Of a stretch of DNA of 45,564 bases, positions 9,248 to 18,158 are shown one piece after another. The DNA comes from Patescibacteria group bacterium. GTDB lineage: Bacteria > Patescibacteriota > Minisyncoccia > Phycocordibacterales > PALSA-1337. The notes below the pieces were generated by a model. It was not told the DNA's origin and searched no databases. It was given only the letters and a program-made list of their open reading frames with translations. The position numbers and the translations under genes were made by a program. The stretch spans positions 1 through 45,564 of the forward strand of contig JBBTRB010000007.1 in assembly GCA_038065395.1 (NCBI GenBank). The letters are read 5' to 3'. Each line of letters begins with the position of its first letter. Within the stretch, counting starts at the first letter, position 1.

Positions 9248-10516
9248 ATGTTGGATATCAAATTTATTAGGGAAAACAAGGACATTGTGGCACTCGCTGC
9301 CAAGAAGAAGCATGTTGCCGTAGATATAGAGGCGCTGATTGCGCTCGATGACACTCGTCGTACACTGCTCACCTCTGTTGAAAAGCTCCGTGCAGAGCAG
9401 AACGCCGCTAGTACCCAGATCGCATCGGCTCCATCTGCTGAGGAGCGTGCGAAACTCATTGAGGCAATGAAAGGGGTCAAGACAACTCTCGAAAAAGAAG
9501 AAGAAACTCTCAAGACTCTGATGGTCGAATGGCAGACCACTATGCTCAAGGTGCCCAATGTTCCCGACATGTCAGTACCCGAAGGTACAACTGATGCAGA
9601 TAACAAAGAGATCAAGACCTGGGGTGACAAGCCGGCATTTGGCTTTGAACCCAAGGATCATATCGAGATCATGAAGACGCTCGGCATGGTCGACTTCGAA
9701 CGTGGGTCCAAGGTGCATGGATTCCGTGGATACTATCTGACAGGTGACGGAGTGCGTCTGTGTTTTGCGATCTGGCAGGCAGCATTGAACTTTTTCTCTC
9801 AGAAGAACTTCGTACCAGTCATGCCTCCGACACTCGTCCGCAAGATATACCTCTATGGTACTGCGCATCTCCCAGGTGATATGGAGGACTTCTATGTCAC
9901 TCAGGACGGTGACGTGCTCGCAGGTACGGCAGAAGTGCCTCTGATGGGACTGCATTCCGAAGAAGTTCTGGACATGGCACAGCTCCCCAAGAGATACCTC
10001 GGCTTTTCTCCATGCTATCGTCGCGAAGCCGGAGCACATGGCAAAGACGTCAATGGCCTCATCCGTGTCCATGAATTCTACAAGTTCGAACAGCTCGTAC
10101 TCTGTGAGGCCAATCACGAAACCTCCGTGGCATATCACGAAGAGCTCAACCGCAATACTGAGGAGTTCATCGAGTCACTCGGTATACCGTATCGCACCGT
10201 CATCAACTGCGGTGGCGACCTCGGTCTCGGCCAAGTCAAGAAATACGACATCGAACTCTGGGTCCCCAAGGAAGAGAAGTATCGCGAGATCTCATCGGCA
10301 TCGTACTTCCATGATTTCCAGAGTCGACGACTCAATATCCGCTACAAGGATGCCGAAGGCAAACTCAAATACGCTCACTCTCTCAACTCGACCGCCATAC
10401 CGTCTCCGCGCATCCTTGTCTCGCTCATAGAAAATTTCCAGAATGCAGACGGTAGTGTCACTGTTCCTCCGATGCTCGTACCGTATATGGGCAAAGACGT
10501 TATCCGTCTGACATAG
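9248..10516 (+). CDS. serS: Serine--tRNA ligase
   Basis: MLDIKFIREN, coiled coil, GTAEV, CYRREAG, GLIRVHEF, EISSAS. Confidence 0.98.
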   Translation: MLDIKFIRENKDIVALAAKKKHVAVDIEALIALDDTRRTLLTSVEKLRAEQNAASTQIASAPSAEERAKLIEAMKGVKTTLEKEEETLKTLMVEWQTTMLKVPNVPDMSVPEGTTDADNKEIKTWGDKPAFGFEPKDHIEIMKTLGMVDFERGSKVHGFRGYYLTGDGVRLCFAIWQAALNFFSQKNFVPVMPPTLVRKIYLYGTAHLPGDMEDFYVTQDGDVLAGTAEVPLMGLHSEEVLDMAQLPKRYLGFSPCYRREAGAHGKDVNGLIRVHEFYKFEQLVLCEANHETSVAYHEELNRNTEEFIESLGIPYRTVINCGGDLGLGQVKKYDIELWVPKEEKYREISSASYFHDFQSRRLNIRYKDAEGKLKYAHSLNSTAIPSPRILVSLIENFQNADGSVTVPPMLVPYMGKDVIRLT

Positions 10517-10535
10517 GTTATCTCCATTCATACAC

Positions 10536-11411
10536 ATGACTCCACGTCGTATCTCTTCACGCCAGTCTGACTCTTTCCTCCGTCGTCGCCGTCACAAGCA
10601 GATCTTGGTCACTGTAGGTACGGTCGTGGGCGTAAGTCTCTTTGTAGTATGTCTGTCGTGGGTGACACGGTGGGATAGTTTCCAGGTCACCGATGTTGCT
10701 GTCTATGGTGCAGATGCAGAGCTCGTCACCGATATCAAAGCCGAAGCAGAAGAACTCCTGTCAGGTGCGTATCTGGGGCTGTTCTCTCGCTCCCATTCTT
10801 GGATATATCCAGAAGACGCACTCGTGGCGCGTATTCCTGCGATCTCTCCACATATAGATACGATCGCGACTGATATCCAAGACGGCAACACGCTCGTCAT
10901 CTCGGTCACCGAGAAGACTCCTGCCGCAGTTGTTTGCAACGGTCTGCCGGATTTCGATGGTGAAGAACTTTCGCAAGAGAAGGAGTGTTATTTCGTAGAT
11001 AGGGGAGGAGTGGCCTTTGGGTCTGCGCCGTCCTTTTCGGGGCCAGTATACAAGAGATATTACGTTTCTCAGACACTCGGTATCGGTACCACGACTCTCC
11101 CTGATTCGTTCGAAATGTTACAATCATTCTACGATGCGATACGAGCCGCAGATATCGATGCTCAGGCTATATTGGCCAAAGAGGACCATGAATACGAGTT
11201 GTATATCAGGACCGCTACGCCCGATGACCTGCTGCATATGACGATCGTGTATTTCAACACGACTCGTGACATAACAGAGCAGCGCGATAACTTCTTGGCC
11301 TTCTGGTCGCATACAGAGAAGGAAGATCGCGAAAAAGGCACCTCGTCGCTTTTTGACTCGATCGATATCCGTTACGGTTCCAATATCTTCTATCGTATAA
11401 CAACACCATGA
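10536..11411 (+). CDS. FtsQ/DivIB-like cell division protein
   Basis: Basic N-terminus, one TM, POTRA-like region, C-terminal IDIRYG motif. Confidence 0.65.
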   Translation: MTPRRISSRQSDSFLRRRRHKQILVTVGTVVGVSLFVVCLSWVTRWDSFQVTDVAVYGADAELVTDIKAEAEELLSGAYLGLFSRSHSWIYPEDALVARIPAISPHIDTIATDIQDGNTLVISVTEKTPAAVVCNGLPDFDGEELSQEKECYFVDRGGVAFGSAPSFSGPVYKRYYVSQTLGIGTTTLPDSFEMLQSFYDAIRAADIDAQAILAKEDHEYELYIRTATPDDLLHMTIVYFNTTRDITEQRDNFLAFWSHTEKEDREKGTSSLFDSIDIRYGSNIFYRITTP

Positions 11412-12352
11412 AGCATTTTTTCTATACAGTTTTCGGGGGCATATTCGCTATCACTACGGGGATAGGGGTTGCCTATGGAGGTGCCTGGGCATGGAACCAG
11501 GGGATGCCTTATCTTGCGAGTGTGGTGACATCGGCTCTTGCGGCGGACGACGGTGAGACTCTGGTAGATGGTCTGCGGCGTACGGTGCGGTTCTCTGCTC
11601 ATGAAGAAGAAGACGACAGTACCATATCGTCAGTGGCACTCCATGCGCCTGATGAGAGTATTACTGCACGTGGATATATCGTCATGGACCTGTCTACCAA
11701 CACGATCGTCTCTGAGAAGAATAGCAACACGTTGATGCCGATCGCTTCAGTCACCAAGCTCGTCACGGCGATCGTTGCCCGTCGACACATGAGTGGTAAC
11801 CAGCGCATCACCATGACCGACAGGATCATCGCCACCTACGGCAACACGGCAGGATTCGAAAAAGGTGAGACGATGCTCGCCGATGATCTCCTCTACCCGC
11901 TCCTCATGGTTTCATCCAATGATGCCGCCGAAGCATTCGCAGGGGAATATGGCAGGAAGAATTTTCTCCGAGAGATGAACTCTGTTGCCCAAGAGATCGG
12001 CGCCTATCGAACATATTTTGCAGATCCGTCTGGACTGTCACCATCCAATGTCTCTACGCCTTCTGATCTGGCACTGATCATCGACTGGATCCGCAAGAAC
12101 GACCCGCGCATCATCGAGCTCACTAGTCTCAAAAGCAAAACTGTCCGTGCACATACCTGGACGAACCCAACACATTTTTTGAGTTGGTCGCAATATATCG
12201 GTGGCAAGAACGGTTACATCCCCGAAGCAGGACGCACGGCCGTGTCGCTCTTCGACATGGGACCAGACAGGAAGATCTACGCGATCGTAGTGCTCGGTAG
12301 TGCTTCGCGAGATACTGACATGCTCAAACTCATCGGTAAGATCGACGAGTGA
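11408..12352 (+). CDS. D-alanyl-D-alanine carboxypeptidase (peptidase S11)
   Basis: SVTK (SxxK), SSN (SxN), DPSGL, KNG in the KTG position. Confidence 0.88.
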   Translation: MKHFFYTVFGGIFAITTGIGVAYGGAWAWNQGMPYLASVVTSALAADDGETLVDGLRRTVRFSAHEEEDDSTISSVALHAPDESITARGYIVMDLSTNTIVSEKNSNTLMPIASVTKLVTAIVARRHMSGNQRITMTDRIIATYGNTAGFEKGETMLADDLLYPLLMVSSNDAAEAFAGEYGRKNFLREMNSVAQEIGAYRTYFADPSGLSPSNVSTPSDLALIIDWIRKNDPRIIELTSLKSKTVRAHTWTNPTHFLSWSQYIGGKNGYIPEAGRTAVSLFDMGPDRKIYAIVVLGSASRDTDMLKLIGKIDE

Positions 12353-12390
12353 TCTGTACAGAACAGACTTTTTGTTGTAGTCTAGCGTCT

Positions 12391-13545
12391 ATGTCAAAGG
12401 GTATGAATAAGAAGGGTACGTCGAAAAATTTCTGGACTTCATTGCCCAGACCTTTTTTCGTACTGGCTCCGATGGCCAATGTTACCGATGCAGCCTTCCG
12501 TAGTGTCATAGCGAAATACGGCAAACCTGACGTGACCTGGACAGAGTTCGTCTCGGCAGATGGCCTCATGTCAGCTGGTCGCGACAAACTCTTGGTTGAT
12601 CTGCGATTCACCAAAGCAGAACGTCCGATCGTGGCACAGCTTTTCACCGGGCATCCAGAGGCGATGCGTGGCGCGGCGTCACTGGTTGCTGAGCTTGGCT
12701 TCGATGGACTCGATATCAACATGGGTTGTCCTGATCGAGCAGTTGAGAAGCAAGGAGGTGGAGCGGGTATGATCAAGACTCCAGAGATGGCAGTGGCGGT
12801 TATCCGTGCGGCGCAGGAGGGAGTAAGACAGGGGCAAGGGAAAAAGGTAACAGGTAAAAAGAAAAAAGAACAAGGGGAAGCGCAGGGAATTCCAGTGACG
12901 GTGAAGACGAGGATTGGATATAACAAGGTCGACATGAAGTGGCTGGAAATGTTGATCTTGTTGAAGTTGCCTGCGTTGACTGTGCATCTGCGTACACGCA
13001 AAGAGATGTCAGATGTACCCGCACACTGGGAACTCATGCCCGAGATCGTGGCATTGCGCGACCGCCTGCAAGCGGATATTCCAGCAGAAGGGAGGACACT
13101 GATCATCGGTAACGGTGATGTGATGTCTGTTGAAGAGGCGCGAGTCAAAGTTGCCGCATCTGGCTGTGATGGCGTGATGATCGGAAGGGGGATCTTTGGT
13201 ACGCCGTGGTTGTTTCGAGACGTTGTCATTCCCGTGAAAACGGGAATTCAGGATCATGCCACGAACAGTAATAATATTCTGGATCCCCACTTTCGTGGGG
13301 ATGACATAGTTACAGGTCTGTCAAAAATTCCCACACCACAAGAACGTCTCCGTGTTTTACTCGAGCACACACTCCTGTTCGAGAAAAAGTTCAAAGGTAT
13401 CAAAAACTTCGCCGTAATGAAAAAGCATTTCAAAGCATATGTCTCTGGTTGGGAAGGTGCCAAGGAACTCCGTGCACACCTCATGGAGACCAATAGTGCC
13501 AAAGAGGTGAAAAAGATCCTCAAGATACATCTCTTGAGTATGTAA
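12391..13545 (+). CDS. dus: tRNA-dihydrouridine synthase with two in-frame insertions
   Basis: LAPMANVTD, DINMGCP, VTVKTRIG, GNGDV, GVMIGRG. Confidence 0.93.
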   Translation: MSKGMNKKGTSKNFWTSLPRPFFVLAPMANVTDAAFRSVIAKYGKPDVTWTEFVSADGLMSAGRDKLLVDLRFTKAERPIVAQLFTGHPEAMRGAASLVAELGFDGLDINMGCPDRAVEKQGGGAGMIKTPEMAVAVIRAAQEGVRQGQGKKVTGKKKKEQGEAQGIPVTVKTRIGYNKVDMKWLEMLILLKLPALTVHLRTRKEMSDVPAHWELMPEIVALRDRLQADIPAEGRTLIIGNGDVMSVEEARVKVAASGCDGVMIGRGIFGTPWLFRDVVIPVKTGIQDHATNSNNILDPHFRGDDIVTGLSKIPTPQERLRVLLEHTLLFEKKFKGIKNFAVMKKHFKAYVSGWEGAKELRAHLMETNSAKEVKKILKIHLLSM

Positions 13546-13551
13546 ATCATT

Positions 13552-13580
13552 TTGACTTCTATACCAGAAGAATATATCCT
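13552..13580 (+). promoter_or_regulatory. Sigma70 promoter
   Basis: TTGACT-17 bp-TATCCT. Confidence 0.5.
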
Positions 13581-13586
13581 TATGTT

Positions 13587-13704
13587 TGGAAAGTGACCGA
13601 TGTCCGGTCACTAAATAACTGCGGTAAATAACCCCACAAAAATAAAAAACGCGTAACAAGTTTGACTAAGCCTACCTCTCTTCGGAGTGGTGGGTCTTTT
13701 CTTT
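13587..13704 (+). ncRNA. Candidate ~115-nt small RNA
   Basis: Promoter upstream, GTGACCG/CGGTCAC hairpin, A-rich linker, UUCG-capped terminator plus T run; no ORF. Confidence 0.4.
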
Positions 13705-13717
13705 CCACCATGAGGAT

Positions 13718-13745
13718 TTGACATGATGAGCGATGGTGCTAATCT
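13718..13745 (+). promoter_or_regulatory. Sigma70 promoter for the large structured RNA
   Basis: TTGACA-16 bp-TAATCT with extended TG. Confidence 0.55.
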
Positions 13746-13751
13746 ACTAGA

Positions 13752-14278
13752 TAGAGAAACTGGTAGGGAATCTGCATCGTGTGATGTGGGCCACTCTCTG
13801 ATAACGGTACACCTGTCCTCATTGGTGAGGAAGAAAGGAATACATGCAACCTGCAACGTTCACTGCTCGTGGCGCACCTGTCGATAAGACCTCCTCGACC
13901 TCCTGCGCATTCTCGACGGCCTATCAGGCCTGAAGCAATCGCCGGCTCAACGTTCTTTATAAACAGTGAAAAGTTTTACCTATTGTCGGAGACTTAGAAA
14001 CGCGCTTGATCCGTGGCGGTTTCTGTCGGCGTGCGGAGTCGATGAATGATAGGTGGAATGCCCGTGTCGCACCATTCCGTGGTGCACGAATGCTCTTTGT
14101 TACACGATAAAAGGGAATACTAATTCCTGGCACTGTGCAATCTGCTAATAAGCCCTGTTACAGAGCAGGTCTGTCACTCGAAATGCTGCTCGTTCTGCGG
14201 AACGAGAAACGCACGTGGTGATGCAGAATAGAGAACTTATTGTCCCGTTGCGCCTCAGTGGTGTAACGGGACTTTTTT
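13752..14278 (+). ncRNA. Candidate large structured ncRNA (~520 nt), family unknown
   Basis: Closing helix TCTGCATC/GATGCAGA, about ten internal helices, own promoter and terminator, no long + strand ORF. Confidence 0.6.
14242..14278 (+). terminator. Intrinsic terminator
   Basis: GTCCCGTTGCGCC/GGTGTAACGGGAC 13-bp stem followed by TTTTTT. Confidence 0.85.
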
Positions 14279-14293
14279 ATGTACACTAGTCTC

Positions 14294-15316
14294 ATGTCCG
14301 TACTCTATCGCACATATCGACCACAAAAATGGGCCGAAGTTATCGGTCAGGATCATATTGTCTCTGTCCTACAGAGTGCTCTAGATAACAACAAGGTCGC
14401 TCATGCATACCTCTTCTCTGGTTCACGGGGTACTGGCAAGACCACCACTGCTCGCATCTTCGCTCGAGCACTCGGCACTGCCGACGAAGACGTCTACGAG
14501 ATCGACGCCGCCTCGAACCGAGGTATCGATGACATCCGTCATCTGCGCGAACATGTCTCCGTTTCGCCTTTCTCTTCGAAATACAAAGTCTACATCATCG
14601 ACGAGGTTCACATGCTTTCCAAAGACGCCTGGAATGCACTACTGAAGACTCTCGAAGAGCCACCGGCTCATGTGATCTTCATCCTGGCTACAACCGAGCT
14701 CGACAAAGTTCCCGAGACGATCATCTCTCGTTGCCAGACCTTCACCTTCCGTCGCCCGACACGCGAGATCCTGGCCAAGCAGATAGCCACTGTCGCCAAG
14801 AAGGAGGGTTACACACTCGATGCTGGTGCCGCAGACCTGGTAGCACTCCTCGGTGACGGATCGTTCCGCGACGCCCTCGGCATATTGCAGAAGGTCATCT
14901 CTACTTCTGCTGACACCAAGATCACTCGCCCCGAAGTTGAAAAGATCACTGGTGCCCCACAGGCAAGTCTCGTCAACTCATTCGTTGCAGCCGTGATCGC
15001 CAAGAATATCGATGAGGCGCTCTCTGTGCTCACTCAAGTCCAAGAAGCCAACACCTCGATCAGTACGTTCACCATGCTCATTCTCGAGAAACTGCGCTAT
15101 ATATTGCTCACTCAACACTCTGTGTCCTCTCACGCTTCTATTCAAGGACGTGTGTCACCTGATGACTGGACTTTCATCTCTACCCAGGCAGGCAAGAAGG
15201 CTCTGACTCCCGCTACTCTCACACTCTTCCTCGAAGCCGCTGAGGCTATAGGTCGTGCAAAGATAGACGTGTTGCCGCTGGAGATGGCGGTGGTGAAGGT
15301 GGGGAGTACTATATAA
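14294..15316 (+). CDS. dnaX: DNA polymerase III subunit gamma/tau (short form)
   Basis: LYRTYRP, GSRGTGKTT, EIDAASNRG, IIDEVHML, LLKTLEEPP, TIISRCQ. Confidence 0.97.
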   Translation: MSVLYRTYRPQKWAEVIGQDHIVSVLQSALDNNKVAHAYLFSGSRGTGKTTTARIFARALGTADEDVYEIDAASNRGIDDIRHLREHVSVSPFSSKYKVYIIDEVHMLSKDAWNALLKTLEEPPAHVIFILATTELDKVPETIISRCQTFTFRRPTREILAKQIATVAKKEGYTLDAGAADLVALLGDGSFRDALGILQKVISTSADTKITRPEVEKITGAPQASLVNSFVAAVIAKNIDEALSVLTQVQEANTSISTFTMLILEKLRYILLTQHSVSSHASIQGRVSPDDWTFISTQAGKKALTPATLTLFLEAAEAIGRAKIDVLPLEMAVVKVGSTI

Positions 15317-15332
15317 TACGTAACACGCTATT

Positions 15333-15881
15333 ATGAATAAAAAACTGAAACTCCTGAGTGTACTTCTCGCGATGATCATCATTGTAGTTGTTGGAATGAT
15401 TGCATATAAGAAATCTGATTCGGATAACATGGATCCTTTGAGAGTGAAGTTTGAAGACGTAACATCCTGGAAGATGTATCAAAATAAGCAGCATGGCTTT
15501 GAATTCAAATATCCGGAAATATACAACGTCCTTTCATATGATTCGGCAACAGGTAAATATAGTTCTACAACATTAGAATCAAATGAGTTCTTCGTGACAA
15601 ACGCGACAGAGCATCAAATCAATACTATTGGCAGGGAATATAGTGGAATATGGATCACTATTTCAGACAAGAAAATAGACGAGCCTGCGAATAGTGTTTC
15701 AGAAAGTGAGATTTATGTTGGCGGAAATAAGGGTGTCAGATATGAAGTACTAAACAGTGCTTTAGATATAAAATACCCGGTTATCATCTTTGAAAATCAT
15801 CACAAGTATTTCTCGATTCTTGAATCTTCTGGTTGGCCTGTGATTGATAGCTTTGTTTCAAGTTTTAAGTTTACTAACTAA
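15333..15881 (+). CDS. AT-rich membrane-anchored hypothetical protein (PsbP-like)
   Basis: N-terminal TM, WKMYQNKQHGFEFKYP, ends SSFKF. Confidence 0.75.
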   Translation: MNKKLKLLSVLLAMIIIVVVGMIAYKKSDSDNMDPLRVKFEDVTSWKMYQNKQHGFEFKYPEIYNVLSYDSATGKYSSTTLESNEFFVTNATEHQINTIGREYSGIWITISDKKIDEPANSVSESEIYVGGNKGVRYEVLNSALDIKYPVIIFENHHKYFSILESSGWPVIDSFVSSFKFTN

Positions 15882-15966
15882 CTTATAAGTAAAAAGGTTT
15901 CTGGTGACATATTTACTTTGAGTTGTAAAGAAGATAAGCTAGATAACGTTCCTTCGCGTGTTATTT

Positions 15967-16040
15967 TGCGGGATCGTCTAATGGTAGGACAGCGGCCTTT
16001 GAAGCCGTTTATCTTGGTTCGAATCCAAGTCCCGCAGCCA
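15967..16040 (+). tRNA. tRNA-Gln(TTG)
   Basis: TGCGGGA/TCCCGCA acceptor stem, CT-TTG-AA loop, GGTTCGAATCC, encoded CCA. Confidence 0.96.
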
Positions 16041-16105
16041 AGTCGTGCGAGGTTATCGCGCACAAGACGCATTTCTTTGCAAAAGCGCAAAAAGCAATTC
16101 AAAAA

Positions 16106-16297
16106 ATGAAACACAGCAAATCCTTCCAAAGAGATATAGCCTTGTTACTTTTAGGAGTAATGCTAGGTGTCTTTGGTAGCATGTTTGGCAACATCCTCGA
16201 AAGGTATTTTTCTGTGTATGGAATTGTATATGAAATATGCGTAACAGTTCTGTTCTTTGGGACGATACACATTTTCATGAATAAATTTGATTTGTAA
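16106..16297 (+). CDS. Small AT-rich 2-TM membrane protein
   Basis: 63 aa, two hydrophobic segments, just after tRNA-Gln. Confidence 0.55.
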   Translation: MKHSKSFQRDIALLLLGVMLGVFGSMFGNILERYFSVYGIVYEICVTVLFFGTIHIFMNKFDL

Positions 16298-16422
16298 TTA
16301 AAAAACTATTTTCATATATTAGTACAATGACTTTGCGCATATCGATCTAATATAATAGAGGTGAACTAATCCAACACTTTTGGCAGCATATGTATTTTCT
16401 ATCCCTATGCTACAATCACTCT

Positions 16423-17346
16423 ATGAAAAAACCATTCATTATCTTAGGCGTTCTCGTTATTGGCCTTATCATAATTCTCCTTATTACAGGCAAGAAGTCA
16501 GACACTACCGGTTCTGTTGCCACATCCACTGCAACATCGACCCAGAGTGCAACCAAACCCACAAAGCCTACAGCAGGTGCAACAGTAAAGCCCGCTTCGT
16601 TATCTACGGTCTTCTTTATGTGTGATGAGGGCAAGTCCGTCTCCATCCTCTTTGGCAAAGACGGAGTGCAAGCAACATTGAGCGACGGCCGTTCGTTGGC
16701 ATTGCCACGTGCAGTCTCTGCGTCAGGAGAACGTTATGCCACCAAAGACGAGGGCGTAGCCTTCTGGACCAAAGGCAACGAGGCTCTGGTTCTCGAACGT
16801 AATTCTCAGAAGACCTATACAGGTTGTGTCCGTGTTGTCGCCAATCCAGGAACATTGCCACAAGTATATTCGAGCATAGGCGAGGCCTTCTCGATACGTC
16901 TCCTTGCAAGTACGACCCCGGTAGAAAATTACACCTACACCATCACTCCTACCAAGGAATCAGAGGGAGTGAAGTTCACCATCCCTCGTTCGTTGACGAC
17001 AGGTACCAACCTCAGTACTGATACCTATCTCAGTGTCGAAACATTCGAATCCCCAGATGAGACCTGTGTGGCCACATTCTTCTTGGATGGTGATCACAAG
17101 CTCTATACCGTCACCGATGCAGGGATCACATATTCTACCGCGTCCTCTACCAATGCTGGGGCCGGCAATAGATATGAAGAATACGTCTATGCACTACCAG
17201 GTACCAGTCCATGTACTGCGGTGCGTTATGTAGTTCACTACAGTGTCTTCGAGAACTATCCGGCAGGTTCGATCAAAGAATTCGACAAGGCAGCGATCCT
17301 GAAGATCCTCGACTCTATCCGTAAGACGTTGGTGCTGGTGAGGTAG
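16423..17346 (+). CDS. Membrane-anchored protein with MliC/PliC lysozyme-inhibitor domain
   Basis: TM plus Thr-rich linker; FMCDEGK, LPRAVSASGERY and FWTKGNEA match MliC motifs; extra C-terminal domain. Confidence 0.8.
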   Translation: MKKPFIILGVLVIGLIIILLITGKKSDTTGSVATSTATSTQSATKPTKPTAGATVKPASLSTVFFMCDEGKSVSILFGKDGVQATLSDGRSLALPRAVSASGERYATKDEGVAFWTKGNEALVLERNSQKTYTGCVRVVANPGTLPQVYSSIGEAFSIRLLASTTPVENYTYTITPTKESEGVKFTIPRSLTTGTNLSTDTYLSVETFESPDETCVATFFLDGDHKLYTVTDAGITYSTASSTNAGAGNRYEEYVYALPGTSPCTAVRYVVHYSVFENYPAGSIKEFDKAAILKILDSIRKTLVLVR

Positions 17347-17356
17347 ATATGCAGGT

Positions 17357-18136
17357 ATGAAATTCTCTTTCAAGAATAGATACGGCCTGAATATTGTTGG
17401 CGATATTTCTGTTGCAGAGGATTCGGTCGGTTGCGCATTCGTACTTCATGGGTTGGGAGGCAAGAGAACTCAGGAACACATACAGACTTTGGCTGAAACT
17501 CTTTTCTCGAACGGCTACACAGTGGTCAATTTTGATGCGACGAACTCTATCGGAGAATCAGAAGGGAAATACGAAGACGTAACCATGCAGCGTCATTATG
17601 AGGACTTGGCAGATGTTATCGAATGGGCACGTTCCCAAGAATGGTTTAAGGAACCTTTTGTTTTGACAGGTCACAGCCTTGGGGGATATGCGGTAGCTCG
17701 ATATGCCGAAGAATACCCAACGAGAGTCAAAGGAGTTTTTCCTTTTGCTCCTGTGGTGTCTGGTAAACTCAATTGGGAAGCAACCGAAAGATTTGAGCCA
17801 GGAAAAATACAGGCATGGAGGGAAACAGGGTGGATGATTCGTACCAGCAAGACTCGGCCTGATCTTGAGTTGCGTCTGCCGTGGTCACATATGGAAGAAC
17901 GCCTGACGCATGATCTGCAAAAGGGTATAGGGAATCTGACAATGCCAATCCTCATTGTGGTAGGCAAATTGGACTGGCCATGTCCTCCTGATCATCAGAA
18001 ACTATTCTTGGACATGATCCCTTCTGTTACTCCGAAGGAATTACATATTATAAAGGGTGCACCACATACGTTCCGTGAAAAGGAACACTTGGATCAACTG
18101 GGAACAATCTTTGGTGAGTGGCTGAAGAAGATATAA
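17357..18136 (+). CDS. Alpha/beta hydrolase
   Basis: LHGLGG, GHSLGG nucleophile elbow, LD, GAPH. Confidence 0.9.
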   Translation: MKFSFKNRYGLNIVGDISVAEDSVGCAFVLHGLGGKRTQEHIQTLAETLFSNGYTVVNFDATNSIGESEGKYEDVTMQRHYEDLADVIEWARSQEWFKEPFVLTGHSLGGYAVARYAEEYPTRVKGVFPFAPVVSGKLNWEATERFEPGKIQAWRETGWMIRTSKTRPDLELRLPWSHMEERLTHDLQKGIGNLTMPILIVVGKLDWPCPPDHQKLFLDMIPSVTPKELHIIKGAPHTFREKEHLDQLGTIFGEWLKKI

Positions 18137-18158
18137 AGGTATATAGTACAGATTACAT

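Noticed and set aside
13620-13655. preQ1-I riboswitch-like stem plus A-rich tail
   Set aside because: The stem is mismatched and no queuosine-related gene follows.
13752-14278. SRP RNA, tmRNA, RNase P RNA, T-box, cobalamin riboswitch or self-splicing intron as the identity of the large RNA
   Set aside because: SRP RNA often precedes dnaX, but there is no CAGG-x-GRAA-x-AGCAG helix. No tRNA-like ends, no GAGGAAAGTCC, no group II domain V. Cobalamin-like (AAAAGGGAA, GCCACT) and group I-like (GAGACT, GCAATCTGC) words occur in the wrong order. A covariance search is still needed.
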